DNA of 64,000 nucleotides. Source: an uncultured virus (IMG/VR IMGVR_UViG_3300032289_002266) (Duplodnaviria; Heunggongvirae; Uroviricota; Caudoviricetes). How positions within the stretch are numbered: the first letter of the stretch is position 1; every line of letters begins with the position of its first letter. Location of the stretch: IMG/VR virus record IMGVR_UViG_3300032289_002266; one strand, 5' to 3'. The notes under the pieces are model-generated. The model ran no database searches. It was given only the letters and a program-made list of their open reading frames with translations, and was not told where the DNA came from. Shown here piece by piece: positions 9,651 to 19,998 of this stretch. The translations under genes and the position numbers were made by a program.

Positions 9651-10487
9651 TCAGGTAGTAATAATTGAATTTACTAAGTCTTTACCATTGTTATCAAATA
9701 TGAGCGTTATATGTTTATAACCTGCTGCAGCAGTTGCTTCAGCTTTGAGCTTGTTAATTTTTTTATTAATTGTATATGTGTATAAACTTTTAACTTCATA
9801 TATTATATTATTTTCACTAATAAAAAAATCAGGAAAATATTTCTTATTTTTATTCTTATATACATAGGGTATAACAGGTACATCTAAACCTGTTTTTATT
9901 TTGTCAACAAGAATACCTTTACTTACTAGATATTCAATCGCTTGAGGTTCGTATCCCTGAACTGTAAACAGACGATCCGCGATATAAACTGTTTTAAGTT
10001 TATAACCGCTTTTTTGTGCCTTTAAATGCACGTCTAATAATTGCATCGGATTATCTACACCGTATTTATTACGCATGCTATCTAACTTTCTTTTTTTTGT
10101 AGATACAAGACCGTTAGATTCCTTAATTGTTCTAAGTTCAACTCCTAGTTTAATTAGCCAATTTTTAATAGTTACGTGAGATACATTGAAAAGCTCACCT
10201 AATTCCTTCAAAGGTGTTCCCTCTTTATATAGAAACTTTAGCTTTTCACAAACTTCTAAATTTTTATCCAGAAAGTGAGACTTGCAGTTTTTTTTATAGT
10301 CAGAAAGCTTATTATTTTCCGAAACTGATCTTTTAACAATATTATTATCTATTAAAATCTTGTTTACTCTGTTATACTTAATATTGTATTTTTTAGAAAT
10401 TGACCTAATTGTTAAATGGTTATTATAATCCCTTATTATTTTCTCTGCAGTTTTAGTATCAATATATTTAGATATCTGTATTACCAT
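9651..10487 (-). CDS. Putative free-standing homing endonuclease (two HTH-like repeats, KYGVDNP motif, PD-(D/E)XK nuclease)
   Basis: SISKKYNI and ELGELFNVSHVTIKNWL HTH-like segments; VQGYEPQAI...YFPDFF...IYEVKS. Confidence 0.72.
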   Translation of the reverse strand: MVIQISKYIDTKTAEKIIRDYNNHLTIRSISKKYNIKYNRVNKILIDNNIVKRSVSENNKLSDYKKNCKSHFLDKNLEVCEKLKFLYKEGTPLKELGELFNVSHVTIKNWLIKLGVELRTIKESNGLVSTKKRKLDSMRNKYGVDNPMQLLDVHLKAQKSGYKLKTVYIADRLFTVQGYEPQAIEYLVSKGILVDKIKTGLDVPVIPYVYKNKNKKYFPDFFISENNIIYEVKSLYTYTINKKINKLKAEATAAAGYKHITLIFDNNGKDLVNSIITT

Positions 10488-10518
10488 ACTAGTATTTAGT
10501 CAACCAGTATGGTTAGAG

Positions 10519-10953
10519 TCATACGTATTTGAAAGCAGGATTCTCAGTCTGTGATATATAACCTCTAAATGATTCTGTTAATGCAGCGAGTTCTGTTGCT
10601 ACCCGAGCAATTTTACGTTGCTCTGATTGCTTCATTCTATCAAAGATAGTGTCTGGCTCAGCATTTGCTAATTTGGTCTGTATTGACTCACCACTAGTAC
10701 CGTTAAGAAACTCTAAGAACTTATCACACTCTTCAACCCATCCACTAAGTTCTTGTGCCATGGCCTGTGACTGCGCTGACTTTATTTTTGCAGCTTGTAC
10801 AGTTAGATCAGCAGCTGCAGTATCTGCAGATGGAGTAGGGTCAACATCAAATTCATCTGGATTTGTATCTTTATCTAAAGTAGCAAGCATAGCCGCTTTC
10901 TCTTTGTCCTGCTCGTTTAGTACTTTAAAGAATCTATTTTCAAACTTACTCAT
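10519..10953 (-). CDS. Hypothetical late protein, possible head-internal protein
   Basis: AATAAATA box 5 nt upstream; N-terminus MSKFENRFFKVLNE. Confidence 0.55.
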   Translation of the reverse strand: MSKFENRFFKVLNEQDKEKAAMLATLDKDTNPDEFDVDPTPSADTAAADLTVQAAKIKSAQSQAMAQELSGWVEECDKFLEFLNGTSGESIQTKLANAEPDTIFDRMKQSEQRKIARVATELAALTESFRGYISQTENPAFKYV

Positions 10954-10986
10954 ACATTTATTTATTCAACTGCATAAATATTTATA

Positions 10987-11316
10987 ATGAATAGTGCAAC
11001 TAATCCATACAGTACATACTCTACTAACGCAGCACCTAACTTAAATATGAACGTACAGAATCAAGTTAAGGCGCAACAAAAGGACGAGGAAGCGCAAAAA
11101 TCATCTAAAATATTACCTCACACTGCAGAATCCTTGAAGGAGTATATAAGTCAGATGTATATTAACTTAATGGAGGTTAAACATATAGCTATTCAAACAG
11201 AAAAGGAACCAAGCGCGAAAAAAGAGGATATTGAAGAGGTGCTACAAATTATAGATGAGATAGGTCAGAAAATAACTATGGATTTATCTAATTCTATTGA
11301 TAAATTGTATATTTGA
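10987..11316 (+). CDS. Hypothetical late protein
   Basis: CATAAATA box 6 nt upstream. Confidence 0.6.
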   Translation: MNSATNPYSTYSTNAAPNLNMNVQNQVKAQQKDEEAQKSSKILPHTAESLKEYISQMYINLMEVKHIAIQTEKEPSAKKEDIEEVLQIIDEIGQKITMDLSNSIDKLYI

Positions 11317-11324
11317 TATATAAT
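11297..11324 (+). promoter_or_regulatory. Sigma70-like promoter TTGATA-N16-TATAAT
   Basis: Ends 6 nt before the ATG at 11331. Confidence 0.6.
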
Positions 11325-11330
11325 ATCTTT

Positions 11331-11747
11331 ATGTTAAAAACACTAGGAGTTTCGCTAGGTATAACGCTATTAATAAGCGTAGGGGTAGGATTTGTCTTAA
11401 AGGATATTATCGGTTTTTGGCAGGGTTTGGTAGGGTCTGTTATTATACAGTTTCTTGGATTTTATTTTCTCTCTCTTAGAAGAGATAGTATTGCTGCAGC
11501 AGCAGCTCCAGACATTAGCTCTGATATTATAGAACTTCAAACAATACCTGTATCATGCCCATGCGGTAAGAATACATTTACTTCTCCAGTTTTTTTTAAT
11601 GTAGATAATTCCTTTCTTTGCGATAAGTGTGGTAGTAGATTTAAGGTTGAATTAAATTACGATACAGTTCTATTGACTGAACCAATGAATATTGAGAATA
11701 TTTTCAATCAACTTAGGGAAAAGGAACTCTCTGATAATAAGGTATGA
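11331..11747 (+). CDS. Membrane protein with two predicted TM helices and a Zn-ribbon (CPCG...CDKC)
   Basis: Hydrophobic N-terminal segments; start reassigned to ATG 11331. Confidence 0.6.
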   Translation: MLKTLGVSLGITLLISVGVGFVLKDIIGFWQGLVGSVIIQFLGFYFLSLRRDSIAAAAAPDISSDIIELQTIPVSCPCGKNTFTSPVFFNVDNSFLCDKCGSRFKVELNYDTVLLTEPMNIENIFNQLREKELSDNKV

Positions 11748-11986
11748 AGAAATTCAAATTCGAACTAAAAAACGGAACAGTAAAAGAGATGGACATTGAC
11801 GAGCTTGCAAGATGGGCTTGTCTTATTGAAGGAGTTGAGCAAGTATCAAAAAAATACGAAGAACTCGGCGAAAGTATGGATACAGACGACTGGATTAAGC
11901 CTCTTGCATTTCAAAAATATCTTGAAGAGAGATTTCACTCCATGAAGCACGATCTCACTGTTGAGGCAGCGCTAGGAAGAATCTAA
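11744..11986 (+). CDS. Hypothetical protein
   Basis: ORF whose start overlaps the upstream stop. Confidence 0.6.
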   Translation: MKKFKFELKNGTVKEMDIDELARWACLIEGVEQVSKKYEELGESMDTDDWIKPLAFQKYLEERFHSMKHDLTVEAALGRI

Positions 11987-12013
11987 GTACTATCAATCTA
12001 ACAATTAAATTGT

Positions 12014-12862
12014 TTATTGAATATACATTATAGTATTTTGATACGCTCTAAAATATACAAGCTCAGCAGCCGTGGTATTGTAATTTATTTGCGTTCCGCT
12101 AAGAGCAGATATCAATACTCTGCTAGCAGCTGGTGCGCTAGGAGATGTGTAAAATACTACACTACCACCTGAGCCTGTTGTAGTTGCTAGTAGAGGAGTA
12201 AATGAGCTGAGGGTCTTAAGAGAAGCTGTAGTTGAATCGTTCGTAACATAGGTTGTTGTTGAGCCTTCTGCTATTATATGAGCGGAAATATCTGTATATA
12301 GCGTGTGATTAATATCTCGTGTATATGAAGTTGATAGTAGTGCGACTCCTACGGTACCATATTGCAAACTACCTACAAGATCCTCCATTAATACCTCATT
12401 AAAGTACCTATAAGTAAATTTAGTATTATCAGCCGTGTCTGTAAAGAATGCTATTTTATCGTTGTTTATTCTATAGGTAGTAGGTCCTTGGACAGTTGTA
12501 GAATAAACAGCTTGATATGATATTATATTACTTGTACTTGGATTACCTGTATCGACGTAATTGTATATGTAAAAAGTATTGTTACCATCATAATAAGTAG
12601 AGGTTATATTACTGAACAGCGTGGGTGATGCAGAGAGATATACTCCGCTAGAAGAAGAAAATGTAGAACCAGTATCTCTTATTAGTTGAGTGTTATATAT
12701 AGAACTGGTAAAGTTATTCGAACTCGATGTAATATTAGATAAGAAATAATTATTATAAGTATCAGAATCTGATGTAATAATAGATCTAATAGCCGCTGTT
12801 GATAGATCTGGTATACTACCACATAATAAAGCTCCAAGTGTATAACCTATAGGTGTTGCCAT
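12014..12862 (-). CDS. Putative virion structural protein (Ser/Thr-rich)
   Basis: Late box upstream; composition; lies at the end of the structural block. Confidence 0.55.
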   Translation of the reverse strand: MATPIGYTLGALLCGSIPDLSTAAIRSIITSDSDTYNNYFLSNITSSSNNFTSSIYNTQLIRDTGSTFSSSSGVYLSASPTLFSNITSTYYDGNNTFYIYNYVDTGNPSTSNIISYQAVYSTTVQGPTTYRINNDKIAFFTDTADNTKFTYRYFNEVLMEDLVGSLQYGTVGVALLSTSYTRDINHTLYTDISAHIIAEGSTTTYVTNDSTTASLKTLSSFTPLLATTTGSGGSVVFYTSPSAPAASRVLISALSGTQINYNTTAAELVYFRAYQNTIMYIQ

Positions 12863-12927
12863 ATCTTTATTTATTATAGAGAGTTATTTTTCCTATGTTT
12901 AAAAATATTAAAAAAAGGTACATTAGG

Positions 12928-15648
12928 TTATGGGGTAAAGATTCCATCATTTATACTTATATTATTAAGTCCATAGAAATTAGGTGATATTACAGACGAT
13001 CTAAAGATTCCATCATTTATACTTATATTATTAAGTCCATAGAAATTAGGTGATATTACAGACGATCTAAAGACTCCATCATTTATACTTATATCATTAA
13101 GTCCATAGAAATTAGATGATATTACAGACGATCTAAAGACTCCATCATTTATACTTATATCATTAAGTCCATAGAAATTAGGTGATATTACAGACGATAT
13201 AAACGACCCATCATTTATACTTATATCATTAAGTCCATAGAAATTAGGTAACAGCAAGGGTGATGTAAATGATCCGTCGTCTATGCTTACGTAATTTAAT
13301 CCGTAGAAATCAGATGATATAACAGATGGAATAAACGATCCATTTTCTACGCTTATATTATTTAAACCGTAGAAATTAGGTGATATTACAGATGATCTAA
13401 ATGTACCGTTATCTACGCTTATATTATTTAAACCGTAGAAATTAGACGATACTACAGATGATCTAAATGTACCGTTATCTACGCTTATAATATTTAAACC
13501 GTAGATAGAAGGCTTTATTACAGACGGTTTGATTGTACCGTCATCAGTGATAATATTATTTTGGTTATTAAACGTTGCGTAAATAACTTCACTACTTGGA
13601 GGCGCTGGTGTCGGTATCTGATCGGTACAGCGTCTCGCAAAATTCCAAGCGGTTCCGCTCGGACCTGTTACCCTTGCCGTTAAGGTACTGGAGGTAGTGT
13701 AGTTTTCTGGAGTGTAAGTCCACCATATTAGCTGTTGATAAACTCTAGTTACGTCAGTTATACTAGTCTCGATAAAGAATTCTTCATCTCTTGTGGGTAT
13801 AGCTCCCTTAGCAGCTCCTATAAACTGATCTACGGCATAAGTCTGTGCTTCTGTCGGCACGGTAGGACTACCATACACATTATCGAATGGTCCGCTATTT
13901 GGCGTAGTCATTCCTGAAGTTGCTACCTTAGTGCCATTATGTATTAGCTCTAATTTATCCGGTACGCTTTGCGAATTAAAGTCAATTATTACTATACCTC
14001 CTTCAGGAGATAGTGCTAATATTTCTTCTGTTACACCCATACCTCCAGATGTTGTGATCTCATTGCACGGTATTACCGGAGGTTCAGGTGGAGTGGGAAT
14101 CGGCTCCACTATCGCTACTGGTCTTATAGTATTGAGAATGAGCTCCCAAGAAGTTCCTATAAAGGGTGAGTTAATAACAACATCAATATAGTTACTCCCC
14201 GGGTATACTGATAAATTAGTTAGAGTAGTAGTTCCAGAGGTAGCTCCAGTTATACTTTGATTAGCTAGCGCTAAGAGCTGGGTGTTGTAGTAGTTTAACG
14301 ATGTAGTAGAAGTGTTGTTATAGTTCCACTCTTGGTTAATGTTTGGAAAGACATACCCCGTATCTCTAAGTACCTCACTATTACTATCATATACTACCAC
14401 TCTATAGGGACTAGGTCCAAACTCAAATACATCCTTATTAACTTGCGGTGTAAAATAATTAAAGTCTATAGCTTCAAATACATTAGTTCCGAGTAGATTA
14501 ACTCTTATTCTGGTAGTGTTACCGTTAGTAGTCGTGGTGGTAAAGCTGTTACTATATAAGGTGATAAAGCTATTAGGATATAAATCAACAAATTGATTAA
14601 TATTGCATTCAATTAGTTGCGGAGCAGAGAGTGTAAATGTAATAGGCGTGGTAAACGTAGAAGAAAGAGTTTCACTCCAAGTATACTTATAGTACAGCGA
14701 CATTAAATTACTACTATTAACAGAGGTGTTATTAGCGTAAAGAGACGTGTTATATAAAGCTAAAGGAAATCCAAATCTTGAAGCATAGAATCCTGAATCT
14801 TTATAAGTTAAAAGAGCTGTATTAATGTTATTAAAGATACCAGAATCTAATGGAGCAGATAAATTATTGTATTCTGTAATTACAGTATAGCTTTTTGTCG
14901 CAGCGTCTAATGAGCTGTATACGACAGATGGGTAGAATATTGACTGGGTTTGAGAATCGTTTACACCATAAACTCTCTCCTGTGGATAATTACTACCAAA
15001 ACTTGGTAGTTCTTCATTATTTTGTAACAAATAGAGTGGGTACGAGTCAATGAGTTTACCCACACTAGCAATATCATTATCAAAGTTCGGTAGATTGTAA
15101 GATTTAGATGTTACAGGTATATAAAAGCTACTACCATTATAGGTGGTGAATTCTATATTAGACTGATGTTCGTTAGAATAATCTACTGTTACTCTATATT
15201 CAAAGTTTATATTTTGACCAATATTTACGTCTATTGGAGTGGGTAGTACGGTTCTAGAAAATCCAACCTGATTCGATGTCTTTATGCAAAATTCGTTTAT
15301 GGTCTCAGTTCTACTAGAAGCGTTTTTTGTACTAAATGTTGCGTAATAAACCTGTGTACTGCTATTGAGAGAGTAATATTGAATATTGTTACTTGAGACA
15401 TTAATTAGCTCTGTATTAATACTCGGTATTAATACCCCGGAGAGATTATACTCACCACTATGTAAGGTACTTGTTCCAAAATCTACATAGCTCAGCCCTC
15501 CAAGAATCGAACCGGTTGAGAGGTACTCCAAGCCTCCAGATAAAATAGTATTCTTACACCATCCCGTGTCACCTACAACAGTTTTATTATCTAAAACAGT
15601 AAGTCTATATTCACCGCATAGGCCTATATTATAGTTAATTTCACTCAT
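12928..15648 (-). CDS. Large putative virion/tail protein with C-terminal 22-aa repeats
   Basis: N-terminal tail-protein-like region (YRLTV...KNTILSGGLEYL); nine YGLN repeats. Confidence 0.65.
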   Translation of the reverse strand: MSEINYNIGLCGEYRLTVLDNKTVVGDTGWCKNTILSGGLEYLSTGSILGGLSYVDFGTSTLHSGEYNLSGVLIPSINTELINVSSNNIQYYSLNSSTQVYYATFSTKNASSRTETINEFCIKTSNQVGFSRTVLPTPIDVNIGQNINFEYRVTVDYSNEHQSNIEFTTYNGSSFYIPVTSKSYNLPNFDNDIASVGKLIDSYPLYLLQNNEELPSFGSNYPQERVYGVNDSQTQSIFYPSVVYSSLDAATKSYTVITEYNNLSAPLDSGIFNNINTALLTYKDSGFYASRFGFPLALYNTSLYANNTSVNSSNLMSLYYKYTWSETLSSTFTTPITFTLSAPQLIECNINQFVDLYPNSFITLYSNSFTTTTTNGNTTRIRVNLLGTNVFEAIDFNYFTPQVNKDVFEFGPSPYRVVVYDSNSEVLRDTGYVFPNINQEWNYNNTSTTSLNYYNTQLLALANQSITGATSGTTTLTNLSVYPGSNYIDVVINSPFIGTSWELILNTIRPVAIVEPIPTPPEPPVIPCNEITTSGGMGVTEEILALSPEGGIVIIDFNSQSVPDKLELIHNGTKVATSGMTTPNSGPFDNVYGSPTVPTEAQTYAVDQFIGAAKGAIPTRDEEFFIETSITDVTRVYQQLIWWTYTPENYTTSSTLTARVTGPSGTAWNFARRCTDQIPTPAPPSSEVIYATFNNQNNIITDDGTIKPSVIKPSIYGLNIISVDNGTFRSSVVSSNFYGLNNISVDNGTFRSSVISPNFYGLNNISVENGSFIPSVISSDFYGLNYVSIDDGSFTSPLLLPNFYGLNDISINDGSFISSVISPNFYGLNDISINDGVFRSSVISSNFYGLNDISINDGVFRSSVISPNFYGLNNISINDGIFRSSVISPNFYGLNNISINDGIFTP
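12934..13530 (-). repeat. Coding tandem repeat, 66-nt unit x about 9
   Basis: Near-identical units start at 12941 and 13007 (66-nt period); unit protein SSVISPNFYGLNxISINDGxFR. Confidence 0.9.
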
Positions 15649-16111
15649 TTATATAAATAACACTTAAATTTTGAATTCCGGTAAATAAGCCCTGCGGTGT
15701 CTGATTACTGTTAAAGTAGGTAAGACCGTTATAATCCGTTAAACACCACCCTGTTGAAAAGTCTACTAAACTTAACGTATAAGTATTTAGGCCATCTATA
15801 TAAGTGAAATGACCAGTCCGAGTTAAAATGGTATCTATTTCTGTAATCTTAACTTTATAACTAAAATTGTAAAGATCGTCTAGTACAGCTATATTCTCAC
15901 AACCAGGTAATCCTATAGTATTAACTCCCACTGCACCTCCACCTATCATATTAATGTTAATAAAGCTATTATCCTCCCCTTCTGATCTAGTAGGAAACAA
16001 TTTAGCAACTCTAGGCGGTACAGAAATAACTGGTTCTTGTAATTGAAATATTTCCGGAATAGTAGTTATTTCCGGAATTAAATTACTATCATCAATAGGA
16101 AGAATTTGCAT
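15641..16111 (-). CDS. Hypothetical structural protein
   Basis: ORF in the structural operon. Confidence 0.55.
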   Translation of the reverse strand: MQILPIDDSNLIPEITTIPEIFQLQEPVISVPPRVAKLFPTRSEGEDNSFININMIGGGAVGVNTIGLPGCENIAVLDDLYNFSYKVKITEIDTILTRTGHFTYIDGLNTYTLSLVDFSTGWCLTDYNGLTYFNSNQTPQGLFTGIQNLSVIYINE

Positions 16112-16112
16112 A

Positions 16113-16850
16113 TTAGCTAGAAATTACTGTTCTAAGAAGGTTAGGGTTAGTAGATCCTTCGACATGAAAATTCTTAAAAAAGATATTTCCTATCGCGTTA
16201 GTTGATACTGAACTTATAGGTGTTGCAAATGATACACCTACATGCACGAATGCCGATAAAGGCAATCCAAGCGACACGTTTTGTTCGAAAATCGGTTGAA
16301 ATTGTTCTGTAGGGTTATTTCTATAATCAATATACAGCGTTCTACCTATATTCCCTAAACGCGCTCGTACGGTTTTGTAAATTGCTGCGCTCTCAACTAT
16401 CGAAAAAGTAGTATTTAGATTAGATAAAGAAACATTATATGAATAATAGTTATAACCAAAATACGGTGCACCTTCACGAATAGTGATAGAGTTTCTTTTG
16501 ACATTGCGATAGTCTATACCGTCTCTAATAAAGCCTCCAGAGAACGCAGACGCTGCAAATAATCCGGTAGTGTCAAATCCTACTGCTAAAACAGCACCAG
16601 AAACACCAGGTCGGATACTGGATGAGAGTCCAAAGCTTGACAATCCTGAATATCCTAAGTCAATGCCTGAACCCCCACCTGAAAGTCTAGTGCTAGAAGT
16701 CATTAAGAATACAGTAAATCCTGCCTCTGTATTTTGATTACCGCTTATAGCGTAATCAAAAGACCATACTACATCGTACATACAAGAATAGCTATCTTTT
16801 GAAGCTAAATTAATAGCCTTTGAGCTGCTATTCATAACCGGGTACTGCAT
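16113..16850 (-). CDS. Legume/L-type lectin-like virion protein
   Basis: AGFTVFL, GGGSGIDLGY, LAVGFDT, VHVGVSF match the L-lectin fold pattern. Confidence 0.6.
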   Translation of the reverse strand: MQYPVMNSSSKAINLASKDSYSCMYDVVWSFDYAISGNQNTEAGFTVFLMTSSTRLSGGGSGIDLGYSGLSSFGLSSSIRPGVSGAVLAVGFDTTGLFAASAFSGGFIRDGIDYRNVKRNSITIREGAPYFGYNYYSYNVSLSNLNTTFSIVESAAIYKTVRARLGNIGRTLYIDYRNNPTEQFQPIFEQNVSLGLPLSAFVHVGVSFATPISSVSTNAIGNIFFKNFHVEGSTNPNLLRTVISS

Positions 16851-16864
16851 ATTATATATTTATC

Positions 16865-17077
16865 CTACAGCTCTTTTACAAAGACACAAGTCATACCCTT
16901 CTCTTCGTCTTTAAACCTAGTTACATGCATTAGCTTAAAGCCTAGCTTCCTATATTCACGATATACAGTTTTAAAGAACTCGGTTTCAATATTAATGATG
17001 ATACTATTACGCTTTTCATCTATTAACACGAAGTCAGAGAACTCCTCACCTAGTGTATATTCTCGTATGCTACCCAC
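16865..17077 (-). CDS. Hypothetical protein
   Basis: GTG start 6 nt after a TAAATA box. Confidence 0.55.
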   Translation of the reverse strand: MGSIREYTLGEEFSDFVLIDEKRNSIIINIETEFFKTVYREYRKLGFKLMHVTRFKDEEKGMTCVFVKEL

Positions 17078-17086
17078 ATAGATTAT

Positions 17087-17248
17087 TTATTCTTCTAAAT
17101 AATCTATCACCTGCTTAACCTTACTATGTAAGTCAATTATATCAGCAAACGTTACTTCACTATCAATAGAGACCTTATAGCTTTTGAGAATTTTCTCAAG
17201 AATAATAAAGTCATTTGGCTCTAATCCTTCTACTATTACTTCATTCAT
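17087..17248 (-). CDS. Small hypothetical protein (53 aa), absent from the ORF track
   Basis: Hand translation MNEVIVEGLEPNDFIILEKILKSYKVSIDSEVTFADIIDLHSKVKQVIDYLEE; fills the gap between neighbours. Confidence 0.6.
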   Translation of the reverse strand: MNEVIVEGLEPNDFIILEKILKSYKVSIDSEVTFADIIDLHSKVKQVIDYLEE

Positions 17249-17251
17249 AAA

Positions 17252-18919
17252 TTAAAGGGTATAACCAACTACTCTGATATTAAAGGTATCGCTACTAGAA
17301 TTATTAACTCTAAACGCCGCTGTTAGGTGCCCAAATTGATTAGCAGAAAGTGGGATCATGGATTGTTGAGAGTTCGCAATACTATCACCAGAACTTGAGG
17401 ACTCTGCCCATCCTATTATATACTCTGTCGTACCTTGCGTTTGATTCGTTCCATTTAGCAAGCTACTATTAGGAGCTGCAGCAATTATTCTTTTTACGTT
17501 TCCAGAATCGGGTGAATTTTTATTTATTATAGTATCTACTATAAGATTTTTAGCGTTAGATGGAACAGAATAAAAATCAGGAGAACCAACTCTGCTACCT
17601 GCACTGTCTGTAATAAACGGAAAAGCAGATATTGTAAAAGTTACATTGTTCGTGTTCGTTAATATAAGAGCAGGTGTTTGAAAGAATCCAATAGGAGAGC
17701 TTGAACCATTATATACTGAGCGTGTTCCTGGACCCGGTATATTTGTAGTGCCTGCTGGTGTAGTAACTTGACCAGTCACGCGCCCATACATATCCGCTTC
17801 AAAGCCACCAAGAACTGTAGTTGTTGCAGTGAGAGGAGTCGTTAGACCTAAATCTATTCTACCTGATAGTGGGTTAAAATAGCCTGATGTTTGCGTCCCG
17901 TTGACTGCGGCGCATAACGGCGTACTAACTGACATTGACACATTAATAACACCATCAGGTTTTGCTTTTATAATATAAAGCGCTCCGGTTGCACTTAAAG
18001 TGGAGTTAGTACCCGATGACATGCTGTATAGTGTTGATGTCGCAGGTGATGTATTAACTCCATATAGTGCTTTATTAATTAAATTAGGCACGTTAAAGTT
18101 AGTAGTATTGCCTCCGAAAGATGTACCTATTACAGCTGACAGCTCAGGGTACGCAGAGCCAGCAACACTTTGACCGTTACACAACAACCAGCCAGTAGGT
18201 GCGTTCGCTGAGGAAATAAACGGCATTATCGAACCAACCGGTATAATACCTGCTGAATTGAAGACAAAGTTAGTTGTTTCAGTATTAATATACGAGGTCC
18301 AAGTAAGGTTACCTGCGATATCTGATTGAAGATAGCTGTTATTGGATATACCACCCGCAGGCCATTGATAGCTTACCGAATTAACTCGAAGAGCACCTGG
18401 TAGATTAATATAAGAGCTGTTTAGCCCCTTTATTGTATCTACAGCAATTTGTGATGAAAGCGTAAGTCTATTTGCAGTGCTTAGTGTTAAACTAGGTCCT
18501 GCGATATCAGACGAAATGTTATTAGCAGAAATTGTACCTACTGCTATTCCATTTGTAGCATTTATATTAATAGAATTATTTTGACTGACATAGGTTCCTC
18601 CTACCTCGGACCAATTATTAATATCGCTATAATCTCCACTTTTGTATGTATAGAGCTTATTAGTACTAGTGGAGTATGCCAAGTCTCCTGATGTTGCTAA
18701 AAAGAGTGTTGTTACACTCGGTACACTACCCAGGAACTTATTACCTCCGATTACTATACCTCCCTTAGTCTGTCCATCACCTACATATAGTCTTTTTGTA
18801 TCGGTAGTGTAGCCGAGCTCTCCCTCTGAAAGAACTATATTTTTACGATCTACATCCATGCCTCTTCTAACAAGAAGCTTTAAAAGAGTGTTTTCGAATA
18901 TTTCAATTTTATTAGCCAT
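17252..18919 (-). CDS. Tail fibre protein with Mtd-N-like N-terminal domain and tail collar domain
   Basis: RRG...LSEGELGYTTDTKRLYVGDG; collar PVGSIMPF...APTGWLLCNGQ...YPELSAVIG...FNVPNL; start set at MANKIE. Confidence 0.8.
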   Translation of the reverse strand: MANKIEIFENTLLKLLVRRGMDVDRKNIVLSEGELGYTTDTKRLYVGDGQTKGGIVIGGNKFLGSVPSVTTLFLATSGDLAYSTSTNKLYTYKSGDYSDINNWSEVGGTYVSQNNSININATNGIAVGTISANNISSDIAGPSLTLSTANRLTLSSQIAVDTIKGLNSSYINLPGALRVNSVSYQWPAGGISNNSYLQSDIAGNLTWTSYINTETTNFVFNSAGIIPVGSIMPFISSANAPTGWLLCNGQSVAGSAYPELSAVIGTSFGGNTTNFNVPNLINKALYGVNTSPATSTLYSMSSGTNSTLSATGALYIIKAKPDGVINVSMSVSTPLCAAVNGTQTSGYFNPLSGRIDLGLTTPLTATTTVLGGFEADMYGRVTGQVTTPAGTTNIPGPGTRSVYNGSSSPIGFFQTPALILTNTNNVTFTISAFPFITDSAGSRVGSPDFYSVPSNAKNLIVDTIINKNSPDSGNVKRIIAAAPNSSLLNGTNQTQGTTEYIIGWAESSSSGDSIANSQQSMIPLSANQFGHLTAAFRVNNSSSDTFNIRVVGYTL

Positions 18920-18920
18920 T

Positions 18921-19988
18921 TTAGTATTTAAAGATTGGAACTGCAAATAATCCTAAAGATGTTTGAATCGACATAAAGCCTGCCGATGTTAGAGTTGTTC
19001 TAGCTGTACTTCCGATAGAGTTAGTGGATATTGCTGTTAGTAATGTTTGATTAGAAAAAGTAGATTGATTCCATCTACCGTTAAATGTGCTTAAAGACCC
19101 AGTGTTCGAACCGGATAGAGTGTCGGAAATAGCTGAGCTAACAGCGCTTATTTGTCCGAAGTTATTATAGGTGACATTGCTAAATGATGTAGTACCTCCC
19201 GTAATAATAGGCTTAAGTCTTAAAGTCTTTACATCTATGTTAAAAGAATTTGTATCATAAGTTTGTATTGTAGTAGCAATCGTGTTACCTTCGATGGCTA
19301 AGCCAGTTCCTACAAAACTACTACTTAAAGTATTTACGTTTACAGTTCCTAGTGGAAGTGCTGTTATGGATAGTACGTTAGTGATAAAGCCGAATTGCGA
19401 CGGATCAGCATCAACAGATAGTTTTGTACCCGAACCTCCTTTTAAACCCTGACTCAAGGCACTAGAGGTTATTTTACTTTCATCTAAAGAATTAATAGTA
19501 ATTCTGTTAGAGTTAATAGTAACGTAAGTATTATCTACATTAGCAGATAACCCAGCCGAGTTATAATTTAAGCCACCTATAGGACTAACAATAGAACCGG
19601 CTAATTTGCTTGGAGATATACTATTATCTTTTATTGTAAGTCTATTACTAGCATTAGTTGTAATGGTCACCTCATCACCCTTTGTATTTAGAGCAGTCCA
19701 TGAGTTTGCGTTACTGAATGACGTTCCAGTCAATTGCCACAACACAGAGTTATCATATACAATATCACCTATAGTAGCGTTAGCTTGATTTGTTCTTGTA
19801 TTCGCGACAGGTAGCGGTGGATGTATCACACTGCCTATAGGATTACCACCTAGTAAAACGCCGTTACCTATAAAAACTCTTTGTGTATCTGTAGCGTAGC
19901 CTAATTCTCCCTGCTCTAACACGACAGTTTTACGCTGTGCGTCTGTACCTCTTCTAATTTTTAATTTTACTATGGTAATATCTGGCAT
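18921..19988 (-). CDS. Tail fibre protein with Mtd-N-like N-terminal domain
   Basis: KIRRGT...LEQGELGYATDTQRVFIGNG. Confidence 0.72.
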   Translation of the reverse strand: MPDITIVKLKIRRGTDAQRKTVVLEQGELGYATDTQRVFIGNGVLLGGNPIGSVIHPPLPVANTRTNQANATIGDIVYDNSVLWQLTGTSFSNANSWTALNTKGDEVTITTNASNRLTIKDNSISPSKLAGSIVSPIGGLNYNSAGLSANVDNTYVTINSNRITINSLDESKITSSALSQGLKGGSGTKLSVDADPSQFGFITNVLSITALPLGTVNVNTLSSSFVGTGLAIEGNTIATTIQTYDTNSFNIDVKTLRLKPIITGGTTSFSNVTYNNFGQISAVSSAISDTLSGSNTGSLSTFNGRWNQSTFSNQTLLTAISTNSIGSTARTTLTSAGFMSIQTSLGLFAVPIFKY

Positions 19989-19998
19989 ATATTTTTAT

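Noticed and set aside
12934..13530. Tandem repeats as a CRISPR array
   Set aside because: Units are contiguous, in-frame 66-nt coding repeats with no unique spacers.
17252..19988. Diversity-generating retroelement suggested by Mtd-N-like domains
   Set aside because: No reverse transcriptase and no TR/VR pair with adenine-specific mismatches seen in the window.
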